From Octopus bimaculoides (taxonomy: Eukaryota): 63,834 nucleotides of DNA. The notes beneath the pieces are model-generated. The model ran no database searches and was not told the DNA's origin. It saw nothing but the letters and a program-made list of their open reading frames with translations. Where the stretch lies: positions 37,215,882-37,279,715 of the forward strand of contig NC_068986.1 of the NCBI RefSeq assembly GCF_001194135.2. Reading direction: 5' to 3'. The position numbers and the translations under genes were made by a program. This document shows positions 1 through 11,574 of this stretch, in pieces (the stretch's first letter is position 1; each line of letters opens with the position of its first letter).

Positions 1-184
1 CAACCGATACTGGTGTGTTTACGTCTCCGTAACTTAGCGGTTCGGCAAAAGAGATACGGTAGAATAAGTACTAGGCTTACAAAGAATAAATACTGGGGTC
101 GATTTGCTTGACTAAAGGCGGTGCTCCAGCAAGGCCGCAGTCAAATGACTGAAACAAGTAAAAGAGTAAAAAGAGAGTAAAGAG
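1..184 (+). mobile_element. SINE family A, 3' half
   Basis: Ends in the family tail AAGGCGGTGCTCCAGCAAGGCCGCAGTCAAATGACTGAAACAAGTAAAAGAGT, shared with many copies in the window. Confidence 0.85.
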
Positions 185-904
185 TCTGCGTATAAACATG
201 TTATTGTGAGGAACACAATACATATACAATGAACAATGAATACACATACATATCTGTTAGCATAAACGCATACATATACGTACGTGTACAAGTTGGTGTA
301 TGCAAAACGTATTGGTGGATGAGCAAGCGAATTTACGTGTGTATGTGTGTGTACATACAGGACGATAGTGTGTGTCATTGAAGCTTGAATCCTATCGCTA
401 ATGAGAGACTGTTGTATAATAAATGAATCGGATTCTTTATTTTCTGGCTGCTGAAATATAACATATATCGTTGGCCATGAACAGCTGCCTCCTTTCGAGC
501 TCTGAGAGACACTTACTCATTTACTGTGATCTCTCCCCAAAGGTCGAGTTAAGTATCTTATTATATATCTTGGGTACTCTTTACTCGGTCAGAGACGTCA
601 CCGAGTGGTTTATTACCAACGTTTCAATGACACTACTCGACGAATAGAATAGTTTCGTGAAAAGATTAAGGATAGGCGGGTAGGGAAAAAAATGACCATT
701 ATGTATAATCAAATGGTCAGAATGATAAAATGTATTTTAATAAGGCCGGTAACATTGAGATAAAGACTTCGCAAGGAAAGAAATATATTATGTAATATGA
801 TAACAATGGTCAAGGTGTAAAAATTTAACCGGTGTAAAAATGAAAATTGAACTGCTGACAAAAATCAAGCGAAGTAGGAGCTTCTATGCAGCTTTTATAT
901 ATAT

Positions 905-1290
905 ACTTATTTCAATCATTGGACAGTGGCAATGCTGAGGCACCACATTGAAGGGTTTTAGTCGAACATAATCTACCCCAATACTTATCTTATTTAAAGT
1001 CTGGTACTTATTTTGGTAAATTGGTATATGGGTTTCTTCTGCTGAACTGCTAAATTACAAGGACGTAAGCTAACCAACATCGGTTGTTAATCGATGGGGT
1101 AGACAAACACAAAGACACACACACACACACATACGACGGGCTACTTCAGTTCTCATCTACCAAATTTACTCACAAGGCTTTGGTCGGCACGGAGCTAAAG
1201 TAGAAGACACTTGCCCAAGGTTCCACGCAGTGGGACTGGCACTGAAACCATGTGGTTTGAAAAGTGAACTTCTCAACCACACAGCCATAC
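905..1290 (-). mobile_element. SINE family A, near full length
   Basis: Reverse-complement head (CTTCTCAACCACACAGCC), CORE-like GACACTTGCCCAAGG and the family tail are all present. Confidence 0.8.
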
Positions 1291-1799
1291 ATACACGCAC
1301 ACACACACACTCACACATAATCTATGCCTCTGCTTTTCCTTTTGATCAAAGGCTTGCTGAGCTGGGTCTAGACAACAACAACAACTACAATATCGCTGTG
1401 AATAGTTAATCTTCGTGCCACTATCACTACAAATGTAGTCATCTTCAATCGTGTCCGAACAAACGATTGTGACAAAGCAATGCCAGAAGCAGGAGTTTTG
1501 AACTGATGACTCAAAATAAGCTTGGACCCAGTATTCTTCCTCACATATGGGTTATATTTTCTTTTCTTCGTATGTCTATCAAAGTAAGGTCATAAAAACC
1601 GGAAGACGAAAGGTAAAATAACCGTCAATTTCAAAAGATTAATTTTAATATGTTTTGTAACAACGATTTCACTTTACCGAACAAAGTTGATACAATTCCT
1701 AATTTTGATTAATCCGATGATCTACTTACTATAGCTTAATCCCATAAAAATACGTTTTTGTACATTGAAAATAAATGTTTAACGGTGGGATAATGCTGG

Positions 1800-2020
1800 G
1801 TGGGGGTGGAGTTAAAACGTTTGCTTCTCAACCACGTGGTACTGGATTTGATCTCACCATGCAGTACTTTGAGCAAGTGTCTTCTACAGGGTGTTCACAA
1901 AGTCTGGGTACACGGAGTAAATAAAATCAGAACATAAACAATTAAATATAAGTATGTGTTAATCCCCATGTACCTAGACTTTGTGGACACCCTGTATAAT
2001 AGCACCGGGTTGACCAATAA
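1800..2020 (+). mobile_element. SINE family A 5' part, interrupted by a MITE
   Basis: GAGCAAGTGTCTTCTA...TAATAGCACCGGGTTGACC matches the family body on both sides of the 1887-1994 insertion. Confidence 0.7.
1887..1994. mobile_element. Tc1/mariner-type MITE (108 bp)
   Basis: TIRs CAGGGTGTTCACAAAGTCTGGGTACA / TGTACCTAGACTTTGTGGACACCCTG (24/26 match), with TA on both sides. Confidence 0.9.
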
Positions 2021-2279
2021 GACTTCCTTTTTTTTTTATAATCGAGATTTCAATAAATTTAACAATCCAGTGTGGGAGAAATAACAATTTCCCTTGGGAT
2101 CACAACCCAGATCTTAAAATAGAAAAGACACATTCTGTACTGTAATCCTGAAAATACTAAAAGTCGGGAAAGTTACAGTTGGAATGCTTTTAAATCACAG
2201 AATTATAGATAAGTCTGTTGAATCAGGTCCAATATATATTATTTATTCTTCTATTTGTTTCAGTCATTTAACCGCGGCC

Positions 2280-2379
2280 ATCGTGCGGGTGTTACGGAAA
2301 AGGCCGATCTTTGGTAAAGATCGCCGAAGACACTTTTTATGGAAAAGGCCGATATTTCGGACGAGTATCGAAAGATCGC
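2280..2379 (-). mobile_element. Solo arm of the telomere-repeat foldback element (family of 41121-41525)
   Basis: Close match to the reverse complement of 41121-41222, including the terminal GATCGC. Confidence 0.85.
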
Positions 2380-2402
2380 CAAAAAGAGTAAATAGGGGAT
2401 CA

Positions 2403-2619
2403 TACTCTTTTACTCTTTTACTTGTTTCAGTCGTTTGATTGCGGCCATGCTGGAGCACCACCTTTAGTCGAGAAAATCGACCCCAGGACTTATTCTTTGT
2501 AAGCCTAGTACTTATTCTATCGGTCTCGTTTTTGCCGAACCGCTAACTAACGGGGATGTAGACACACAAGCATCGGTTGTTAAGCGATGGTGGGGGGACA
2601 AACACAGACACACAAACAA

Positions 2620-2640
<21 letters not shown>
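2403..2640 (-). mobile_element. SINE family A, 3' half
   Basis: TACTCTTTTACTTGTTTCAGTC...GGAGCACCACCTTTAGTCGA...GCCGAACCGCTAA. Confidence 0.85.
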
Positions 2641-2674
<34 letters not shown>

Positions 2675-2679
<5 letters not shown>

Positions 2680-2897
2680 AGTTTCTTCCAGCCACCTTTA
2701 TTATTTCAATTTTCACCAGATAATTTTTTTTAATGCATTTCTGGTGTAGTTTTGCATTGTGATAACGAAATAGGAAAAAAAAAATGATGCTAGTTTTGTT
2801 ATCTGCATGCGAAACTATATCTGAACTACGTTTTAAAAAAATAATCTGGTGAAAATTCGAAATACTTCGAGTGGTTGAAAGAAATTTAACAAGATCC
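2675..2897. mobile_element. Short MITE with ~55-bp imperfect inverted arms; right end AACAAGATCC
   Basis: TGTTAAGTTTCTTCCAGCCAC..TTTTCACCAGATAATTTTTTTAA is inverted to TTAAAAAAATAATCTGGTGAAAA..GTGGTTGAAAGAAATTTAACA. The terminus matches the 10633-11446 TIR end. Confidence 0.6.
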
Positions 2898-3817
2898 TGG
2901 ACAGGTTTCATGATCGCCACCTTCAAGAAAAACTTTATACCAAGCATTGATACAAGCAACCTATCCAACCGTCCGTCTCATCTCCTTATCTTGTATATGT
3001 ACTTACTTATGTTCTATTGCTTTCGCCACGTTCGGTTTGCCAAAATGTCGGATGATACGATAGAAAAACAAAAACGAAAAAAAAAAGAAACAACAAAAGC
3101 AAAGTGATGAATAATAATAAACAAAAACAAATAATTTTTTAATATTATTATAAGTACATACATAAAGAAAAGAATATAATAAAGGATTTTTTTTATCATT
3201 GTAAAAAGAATCGTTCGTTGTTTGAGAGACATTTATTTTTAAAGAGTTCAGAGGAAAAATAACTTGAGATAAGTGAACCAACAGTTGCGTGTGTCTATTA
3301 TTATTAGCTTGGACCACATAACTTCGCTTTCTATCTCGTCTAATGTTTTGTCTATATAATCTCACGCTCTTTATCTATCTGTTTCTTCCCTACCACCACC
3401 ACCACTTTCTCCATCTATCTTTCTCTCTCCCGGCCTATCATGTATACACCTTTCCTTTACCTTCATAGACATTTTACTCAAATTTTGTTGGTTGATTTTC
3501 TTCTTTCTTTCTTATCTTTGATGCAAAATTGTTTCTTTTTCTTTTTGTTATTATCTTTTTTCTTTTTGTCTTTCTTCCAGACTTCTTTCATTTCTAAGAG
3601 TATCTCCATTTGCTGCTGTTCCAAACATTGGCGTTATTATTACTTATACGTACTGCTCCCAACACCAATATCTCAAACATTTACCTACCGCTTTCGGGGT
3701 ACTCACTCGAATATCTTCTCTCTTTTCTCCTTTTCACAATAAATAAATATAAATGCGTGGTATGTATGTATGTATGTATATATGTGTATGTATGCGGGGG
3801 ACAAGTTTTAACAAATA

Positions 3818-3848
<31 letters not shown>

Positions 3849-4278
3849 CATACATACTTAAGACATATATATATATATAATAATACAAAGAATATATATC
3901 TATGTATACACACATATGTACATACTTACATCTACATGTGTATATATATGCATATCAGGGTACAGGACGTTAGAACAATGAACTACAGACAACGGAACGA
4001 ACACAGGAAAACGGAAAGCCACTTGGAATATTCCTTCATCAGCTGCCTCTATTCTAACCTGACGTTTCGAAGATAAGACAGAACGTACTCTAGAATAGTC
4101 TCTTCCTGAGTAGTGGATCAACCCACTACACAGAGGATTCCAAGGTGGCAAACACAAACCAAGACAGGAAAAATTGGACAGTGAAAACAACATTCAAAAG
4201 CCGTACGGCCAAACGCGAATCTGAGGTAGAACGCTAGTAATTCGTCTTGCCTTCACAGCGGCTGGAGTGAAAAGAAAG

Positions 4279-4323
<45 letters not shown>

Positions 4324-4680
4324 GTGTGTGTTGTGTGTACGTTGTGTCTACGAAAGATCGTTTTTGTTTTATATGCGTGTGCGTACGCATATAAACGTAT
4401 ATATACGTTTTGCTTTACCTAACCCTAACCTGCTATAATGTGTAAAGTGCTGGGTGTTTCCTATAGCATCGCTTGGGGGAGGGTGTGTAGCTGTTAATGA
4501 CATATATATATACTCAAATAGGGATTAAAGTAAAAACCCTCTTTACATACATTAGTAAAGCCTGGCTTGTATTATCCTTTAACTAAATGGAATTAGGTGG
4601 ATATCTTATACAAACGTTTCCTGTTTATTCTTTGTCTTTGTAATGTCCCCTTTACCCATCACCCTTGTGTAAAACAGGAC

Positions 4681-4683
<3 letters not shown>

Positions 4684-4729
<46 letters not shown>
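4684..4729. repeat. (ATT)n microsatellite
   Basis: Direct reading; it produces the poly-Tyr ORF 4665-5021. Confidence 0.95.
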
Positions 4730-4730
<1 letters not shown>

Positions 4731-4732
4731 CA

Positions 4733-4789
4733 AGGCGGCGAGCTGGCAGAATCGTTAGCGCGCTGGATGAAATGCTTAGCGGCATTTCG
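4733..4789 (+). mobile_element. SINE family B head; its tail resumes after the gap at 5736-5800
   Basis: AAGGCGGCGAGCTGGCAGAATCGTTAGCGCGCTGGATGAAATGCTTAGCGGCATTTCG. Confidence 0.8.
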
Positions 4790-5070
4790 GGATCTTTGGG
4801 GTTTGACGGGCAACATTTTTTTTGTAGTGTTTTTGGTACTGAAACACTTTCAAACTTCGAATATTTGTATATTTTGTGGTATAGAACAGATAAAAAAATT
4901 TGTATTCAAAGTTATTTTATGTAAAAAATTGTCGTATTTCGGTAATTTCAACCAATCACTGACGTCTATTGAGGTGAAAACAATTAATGCCGTAACGGTG
5001 TCATGGGATCTTTTCCCTTGAATAAAATTAGTCCCGTTGTTTGTCAACAACTACCCGTGTTACTCTTATT
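4790..5070. mobile_element. Left arm of a GGATCTT-ended MITE inserted in SINE B; right end presumably in the gap
   Basis: Starts GGATCTT. 4815-4970 aligns with 10676-10820 (GTAGTGTTTTTGGTAC...AATTTCAACCAATCACTGAC). Confidence 0.65.
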
Positions 5071-5735
5071 NNNNNNNNNNNNNNNNNNNNNNNNNNNNNN
5101 NNNNNNNNNNNNNNNNNNNNNNNNNNNNNNNNNNNNNNNNNNNNNNNNNNNNNNNNNNNNNNNNNNNNNNNNNNNNNNNNNNNNNNNNNNNNNNNNNNNN
5201 NNNNNNNNNNNNNNNNNNNNNNNNNNNNNNNNNNNNNNNNNNNNNNNNNNNNNNNNNNNNNNNNNNNNNNNNNNNNNNNNNNNNNNNNNNNNNNNNNNNN
5301 NNNNNNNNNNNNNNNNNNNNNNNNNNNNNNNNNNNNNNNNNNNNNNNNNNNNNNNNNNNNNNNNNNNNNNNNNNNNNNNNNNNNNNNNNNNNNNNNNNNN
5401 NNNNNNNNNNNNNNNNNNNNNNNNNNNNNNNNNNNNNNNNNNNNNNNNNNNNNNNNNNNNNNNNNNNNNNNNNNNNNNNNNNNNNNNNNNNNNNNNNNNN
5501 NNNNNNNNNNNNNNNNNNNNNNNNNNNNNNNNNNNNNNNNNNNNNNNNNNNNNNNNNNNNNNNNNNNNNNNNNNNNNNNNNNNNNNNNNNNNNNNNNNNN
5601 NNNNNNNNNNNNNNNNNNNNNNNNNNNNNNNNNNNNNNNNNNNNNNNNNNNNNNNNNNNNNNNNNNNNNNNNNNNNNNNNNNNNNNNNNNNNNNNNNNNN
5701 NNNNNNNNNNNNNNNNNNNNNNNNNNNNNNNNNNN
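5071..5735. other. Assembly gap (N run)
   Basis: N characters; overlapping ORFs are artefacts. Confidence 1.
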
Positions 5736-6159
5736 CCTTTCGAAGTCGATAAATTAAGTACCAGTGAAACACTGGGATTGATGTAATCAACCAGGGATCT
5801 TTGCGGTTTTTGTCACTGTCTACAATTTCGTTCCAACTGTTTTCAAAATTGATATATGGATTAAGTTTTGTATACTAATTATGAAAATGAAATTCATTTT
5901 TCCAATAAATCCATTATCAAAAAGTTATTAGCTTTTAAAATTTACAAAGTTTGGGGTATTTTAGTCAATCAGAAGCGAGTATTTTACACATCACCGTGGT
6001 GAAGAAATCTGTTTCCAGAAGCACCACGTGTTCCATAACTGATTGCGAAGAACTCTGTTTCCATATTAACCAAAAGCAACTCAGTTTTCACCATTCTATC
6101 TTTTTATACATCCAGGAGTCTATTATACACTGAGTCCTTCTATTTTAAAGTCAGTTGTT

Positions 6160-6274
6160 TATGATTTATGAGAGATGTTGGCTTCTATTTCTCCTAGACC
6201 AAGCAACCACAGCATTCAATCATTTTCCCGCTTTTGTTTTTTTCATTGAGCAGACGACACTTTTTTTGTTTTTT

Positions 6275-6310
<36 letters not shown>

Positions 6311-6322
6311 NNNNNNNNNNTT

Positions 6323-6364
<42 letters not shown>

Positions 6365-7010
6365 AGCTTCTATCTGTTTCTCTCGCTCTTTCCTCCCTTT
6401 ACACTCTGCCTTCTACCCAGCTATCTTTCTCTCTCTGTAAACCTGTGTTTAATCTTCCTCTAACTCCTCTCACGGGAAGCTTTTCTTCTCCACTTCGTTT
6501 AATTTCTCTGACAACGACGATCTTACTTCCCCCACCTTTCATTCTTCTTTATTTTTGTCTCTCACTTCCACCCCATTTTTAAAAATTTCATTTCATATCC
6601 TTCTACCCCACCTCTTTCTGCTTTTATCTATCTATCTATATCAATTTCTCTCCCTCCTTATTTTCTTCTGCTATTCCTCTTTCTATTTTGTTACCTCCCC
6701 ACCCTTTCTTATTTAATATATTCCTCCCCTTCAAATTCCCCTCCCACTCAGTCTTATTTTCTCCTCCTTTATCTTTAAAGGTTAATTTTTCTTTCTCCAC
6801 CGCCTCCATCACCTTAAAACTCCTACCCTGTATATGTTTGTCTTTCTTTCTCCATTATCCCCGCCTTCTCCCCTTCGTTATTTTTCTCTTCTCCTCTCAC
6901 CATTCTTCTCCGAACGTCATTTTGTCCCTTTCCTCTCTCTCTTTCTCGGTATCTATATACGAAGTTGTCTGTCTATCTATCTCTATATGTCAACCATCCG
7001 TTAAACTCGT
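6160..7010 (+). repeat. Long pyrimidine-rich (CT/TTC) low-complexity tract
   Basis: (CT)n runs and C/T-dominated sequence; explains the Leu/Ser/Phe ORFs. Contains a 10-N gap at 6311-6320. Confidence 0.85.
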
Positions 7011-8017
7011 AACAACATATATGTAATCTTCATTGCATCTGCCATTAACTCTCGTCTGATCTCGGAGCCATCTTAGGTTATCAGCTTTCCTAAATAGACC
7101 TGTGCTCTGTGATATCTGATACCTTTACCAGCAATACTAGACACACATTCACAGAACAGAGAGCTAGCTCTCCATAAAGATACTATCTACCGTTAAGTTG
7201 GGATGATGGGGGCTTATGCGTTTATTTATTCCTTTCGGTATTTCCAGCAGACAATTCATTATCACCCACAACTCATGCGTCTATTCACAACTGCACACGT
7301 AAGTGTATGCATACAAACATAGATGGTGTACTTATACACATTGTGCATGCAAACATATATACTTATGCAAACTCTGCAGCTTATTCACACACACACACAC
7401 ACTTCTTTCAACCACAAAGATATGAAGTACGCAAAGCAGTATTTGTGTGCATACGTGTCTGACTGTATCCGGTCTGAAAGTTATTTTGTTAGAATTTAGA
7501 CCAACAGAACTGGTGAATTGAATGATCATTCGTTGAAAGCACCTTTACATATCTGCATAAGCCTCCTGTTGATTAGTTTAATTAAGTTTCAGTGAAATTT
7601 TCATCAGACTTCTTTTCCTTTCTTGAGAAAATTTCGAACATGTATTTACGGTCCAGTGTAAATTAACACCTACTACCATAAGACGATTATGTTTCGGAAA
7701 AAAATTTAGTACATAACTATTTCGTAATGTGAATCACATTTCCCATTTATTTACATGTAACATGGCAGTAACGGAAAAACAGGTTTTACATACGTTATTC
7801 AGTTCGACAACAAGGTTTTCAGAAACGCAAAGATTCCATAACGTAGGAGCTGTTTGCATAGAGAAATAGTAAAATGTGAAGAAATGAGTGATGGTCTGTG
7901 CCAATGAATAGTTAAGTGCAATGGATGAAATTAGCAAAAGACTAAAACTATAAACACAAACGAAGATTCTATTTGCAGTAGAGCGTCCCGCGCGCATGCG
8001 CATGTGCGCGCGCGCAT

Positions 8018-8073
<56 letters not shown>

Positions 8074-9164
8074 ACACCATGCACAGAATTAGGCAATTAA
8101 CTTCAACAACAGAACATGTGTACATTTTGTTCTCGGTTTCAAAGAACAATATCATATCTGTTATGTTTGCATTTGGGTGGATGTTTATGTTGGACCTTCC
8201 CGCCAATTTTCTTTGTTTTAAGAGAACAAAAAAAAAAGCAAATAAACAGAAACAGTATATGACGTATTTCATGTCATCAGTATTTTCCTTCTTTTTTCTT
8301 TTCTTTTTTTTTTAATTTTTTCCTAACTTTTCTAGCTAGAAAAGCGAGTTATAAAGTAACGATGGTTCGCCAACATACTAATGATCTTTGTTGATAAAGA
8401 AGAGAAACTGCCGATTGGATATGAATGATTGTTATGACCATAAAAGTTAATGAAGAAGCAGCGACTTGGCAGAGTATTGCACAGAATGTGTTACGGTATT
8501 CGTTCCGATATTCTGCGCTCTGCGCTCAAATCCCGCCGAGGTCAACTTTTTTTCGTCATCGTTAAATAAAGTAGCTATCCATAACTCGAAAAGACCAGTC
8601 TTCTCTCTCTCTCTCCGAAAGAAAGCGGCTGTAGTCAGACCTGGAAAGACAAGTGCTTCGGCAGATATAAAATGTCCAAGACACTCTGTATGTGCCATGA
8701 CTGCGTTTCTTCGATTCCAGCAGGAGTTGAGGACGCAACGCAAACTAAGTTAATGTAGTGTGGCGAAAACAAATATTAAAATTACGTATACGATGAGGAA
8801 AATAACACATTAACACGACTATTATTAATTTAATCTGATCTTGGTAAGTAAGAACAACACAGACTTGTTTTGGTCTTATGAGACCTTCTCAGCAAAACGT
8901 AATCTTCTTCATGCTTAATCACAAATTACTCTGAGGCGCCATTCTCATGAGATATTAAAAACAAGTTAAAGCTATTAAAATATGATATTAGGCAACAGAG
9001 AATGGATCTTGAGATTAAATCCATTGCAGGTGTTATTGTTGTGAGTCATTGTTTTCTGTTTCTGATACGATATCTTTTGGGAAAATATGCAAACGATTAA
9101 TCAAAGCTCAAGCATATCTATGATCAAAGGCATTCCAGTCGTGACCAACGCATCAGATTTTCAT

Positions 9165-9430
9165 ATCTGTCAATCATTAAACTGAAGCCATACTGGGGCA
9201 CCGCCTGGAAGAATTTTAGCCGAACAAATCGACCATAGCACTTATTTTTTTTTAGACAGAATCTTACACCACCGGCTCTTGTGCCGAACCGCTAAGTTAT
9301 GGGAAGGCAAACACACCAACATCGGTTGTGAAGCTGTCGTGAGGCACAAACAGGCACCAAGAAACACACAAACACATACACAACGGCATATTCACTCACA
9401 AGGCTTTGGTTGGCCCGTGGCTATGGAACT
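9165..9430 (-). mobile_element. SINE family A, degenerate
   Basis: GGGCACCGCC...GTGCCGAACCGCTAAG...CACTCACAAGGCTTTGG. Confidence 0.7.
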
Positions 9431-9870
9431 ATGATGTTTGTTAAATGTCAAAGATATATATACACATATACAGCTTAATGTTTTTTGTTTTATTTTTTAT
9501 TTATTTATTTCCAATTTTGCAAACATGTCTATGATATGAAAACGAACCGAATACAAGAATGAGGGCTGATGAGAGCGGGAACTTAGCGCATGTTAAGTGT
9601 GCCGCTTGTCAGTTTGTCAATATTTTATTGACTCTATGCAGTGAAATATTGAAACTGTAGGAGAAGAAATGTAATGGAAAACAAATTTTTGAAAAATACT
9701 CGACGGGAGCTTAGCTATTGCTTGCTTTAAGGCGCTGGAAGTCGCAAGTCGTTCAGTCGGCTTTAAATGATTATGGGTCCCTACCTTCGATGTTTTAAAT
9801 GCATTAATGAGAGAGAAAGAGAGAGAGAGAGAGAAATATAGGTGGACGAAAGATAGGTGTGATGAAGATA

Positions 9871-9918
<48 letters not shown>

Positions 9919-10227
9919 CAGAGAGGGTGAAGAAAAACAGAAGTAGAAGACGGACAAATGAGCGAAAGGTTATATAGATTGAGAGACAGACAGACAGACA
10001 ATCGGCAGAGAGATAAAGCGGAGCGAGAAAGAAGAGGTAGAAGAAAGGAAAATAAATCTCACGCATAGACAGACACGTATATTTTTGTTATATATATATA
10101 TTATATATATATATATAGACACGAGTTATAAATATATACATAGATATGTTATATATAGATGTTATATATGTTTTATACATACACATATATAAATATATGT
10201 ACACATACACAGCTTATAAATATGCAA

Positions 10228-10268
<41 letters not shown>

Positions 10269-10632
10269 CATATATATATATTCCTTGCAAGTCGCAGACA
10301 TTAAAAGATAGGAATCGAATATGATAGTCACACACCGTTGATTTCGTCCTTCCCGTGTGATAGTATTTTATCTCGGCGATGTAAAACAATCAAACAACTC
10401 ATCATTTTCTCATTAAGTTCTGCTTTCGGCAACCGAAATATATTTCTCTCTCTCTCTCTCTCTCTCTTCTTTTAGAGCAGAGAACATTTCCAGTGTTGTT
10501 TAGAATACAATACTTTATCGTCATCGTTATCGCCTTCATGTGTGACGACATACGAGCACGAAATTCTCCGCGCCAACGAGGGACGTTGTACGCAGTCAAT
10601 CCACCTGCCAGAAATAGAAGCACATAAATCTC

Positions 10633-11446
10633 GGATCTTGTTCAAAACGGGGGCACCAGTTTTCATTTATGTTTTATGTAGTGTTTTTTTGGTACCGAAA
10701 GACTTTCAAACTTCGTATACTTATCTATTTTGTGTTATAGAACAGAAAAAAATTTTTGTATTCGGATTTATTTCATGTAAAAAATTGTCTTATTTCGATA
10801 ATTTCAACCAATCACTGACAAGTATTCAGCTGTTTACACTTACTCCTTTGGTACTTTAAGCGGTGTAAAGCGTATTTAATTTCCATTACTTCTGACATTT
10901 TGCAGAGGCAACACACGTGTGTTCGTTTTCCCTANNNNNNNNNNNNNNNNNNNNNNNNNNNNNNNNNNNNNNNNNNNNNNNNNNNNNNNNNNNNNNNNNN
11001 NNNNNNNNNNNNNNNNNNNNNNNNNNNNNNNNNNNNNNNNNNNNNNNNNNNNNNNNNNNNNNNNNNNNNNNNNNNNNNNNNNNNNNNNNNNNNNNNNNNN
11101 NNNNNNNNNNNNNNNNNNNNNNNNNNNNNNNNNNNNNNNNNNNNNNNNNNATTAGCTACTGCCAATATGCTTCAGCCATTTTTTGACAAGGAAATAATAA
11201 TTTTATCACCGCCGAGAATCGTTTGTTTACGTAGTCAGCACTTAATTTTTACGGTTGAATGGACGTCAGTCATTGGTTGAAATTACAGAAATACGACAAC
11301 TTTAACATGAAATAACTTGCGATGTACGTTTTTTTGTTAAGAAGACTAAGAGAAAAAGATGTTTTATATGACACATTCTACCAGTGTCCCAAGTTTCAAA
11401 GTGTTTCGTTAAGAAAATACTGGTGCCCCCGTTTTGAACAAGATCC
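10633..11446. mobile_element. Non-autonomous DNA transposon with perfect 28-bp TIRs and 8-bp TSD (Merlin-like or hAT-like)
   Basis: TIR GGATCTTGTTCAAAACGGGGGCACCAGT at 10633-10660, inverted at 11419-11446. TSD TAAATCTC at 10625-10632 and 11447-11454. Further imperfect internal inverted repeats; centre hidden by a gap. Confidence 0.9.
10935..11150. other. Assembly gap (N run)
   Basis: N characters. Confidence 1.
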
Positions 11447-11476
11447 TAAATCTCCCTCAAATCGCACCTTGCTGCC

Positions 11477-11508
<32 letters not shown>

Positions 11509-11574
11509 GACCCCCACCACCTCACAACTAATGACGAAAGTTTGAATGAGTACCTTCCCGCAGCTCAATATATA

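Noticed and set aside
5003-5790. Long ORFs (200-314 aa) here and at 13.3-14.2, 29.5-30.1, 40.5-41.1, 41.7-42.4 and 49.6-50.5 kb
   Set aside because: They consist mostly of X residues read through N-gaps.
8466-8753. 95-aa ORF with a Cys-containing alternative frame
   Set aside because: The 5' half is a decayed SINE B. The Cys spacing does not match a piggyBac or zinc-finger pattern.
9567-9573. C/D-box snoRNA (CTGATGA as box C)
   Set aside because: No box D (CTGA) at a suitable distance with a terminal stem.
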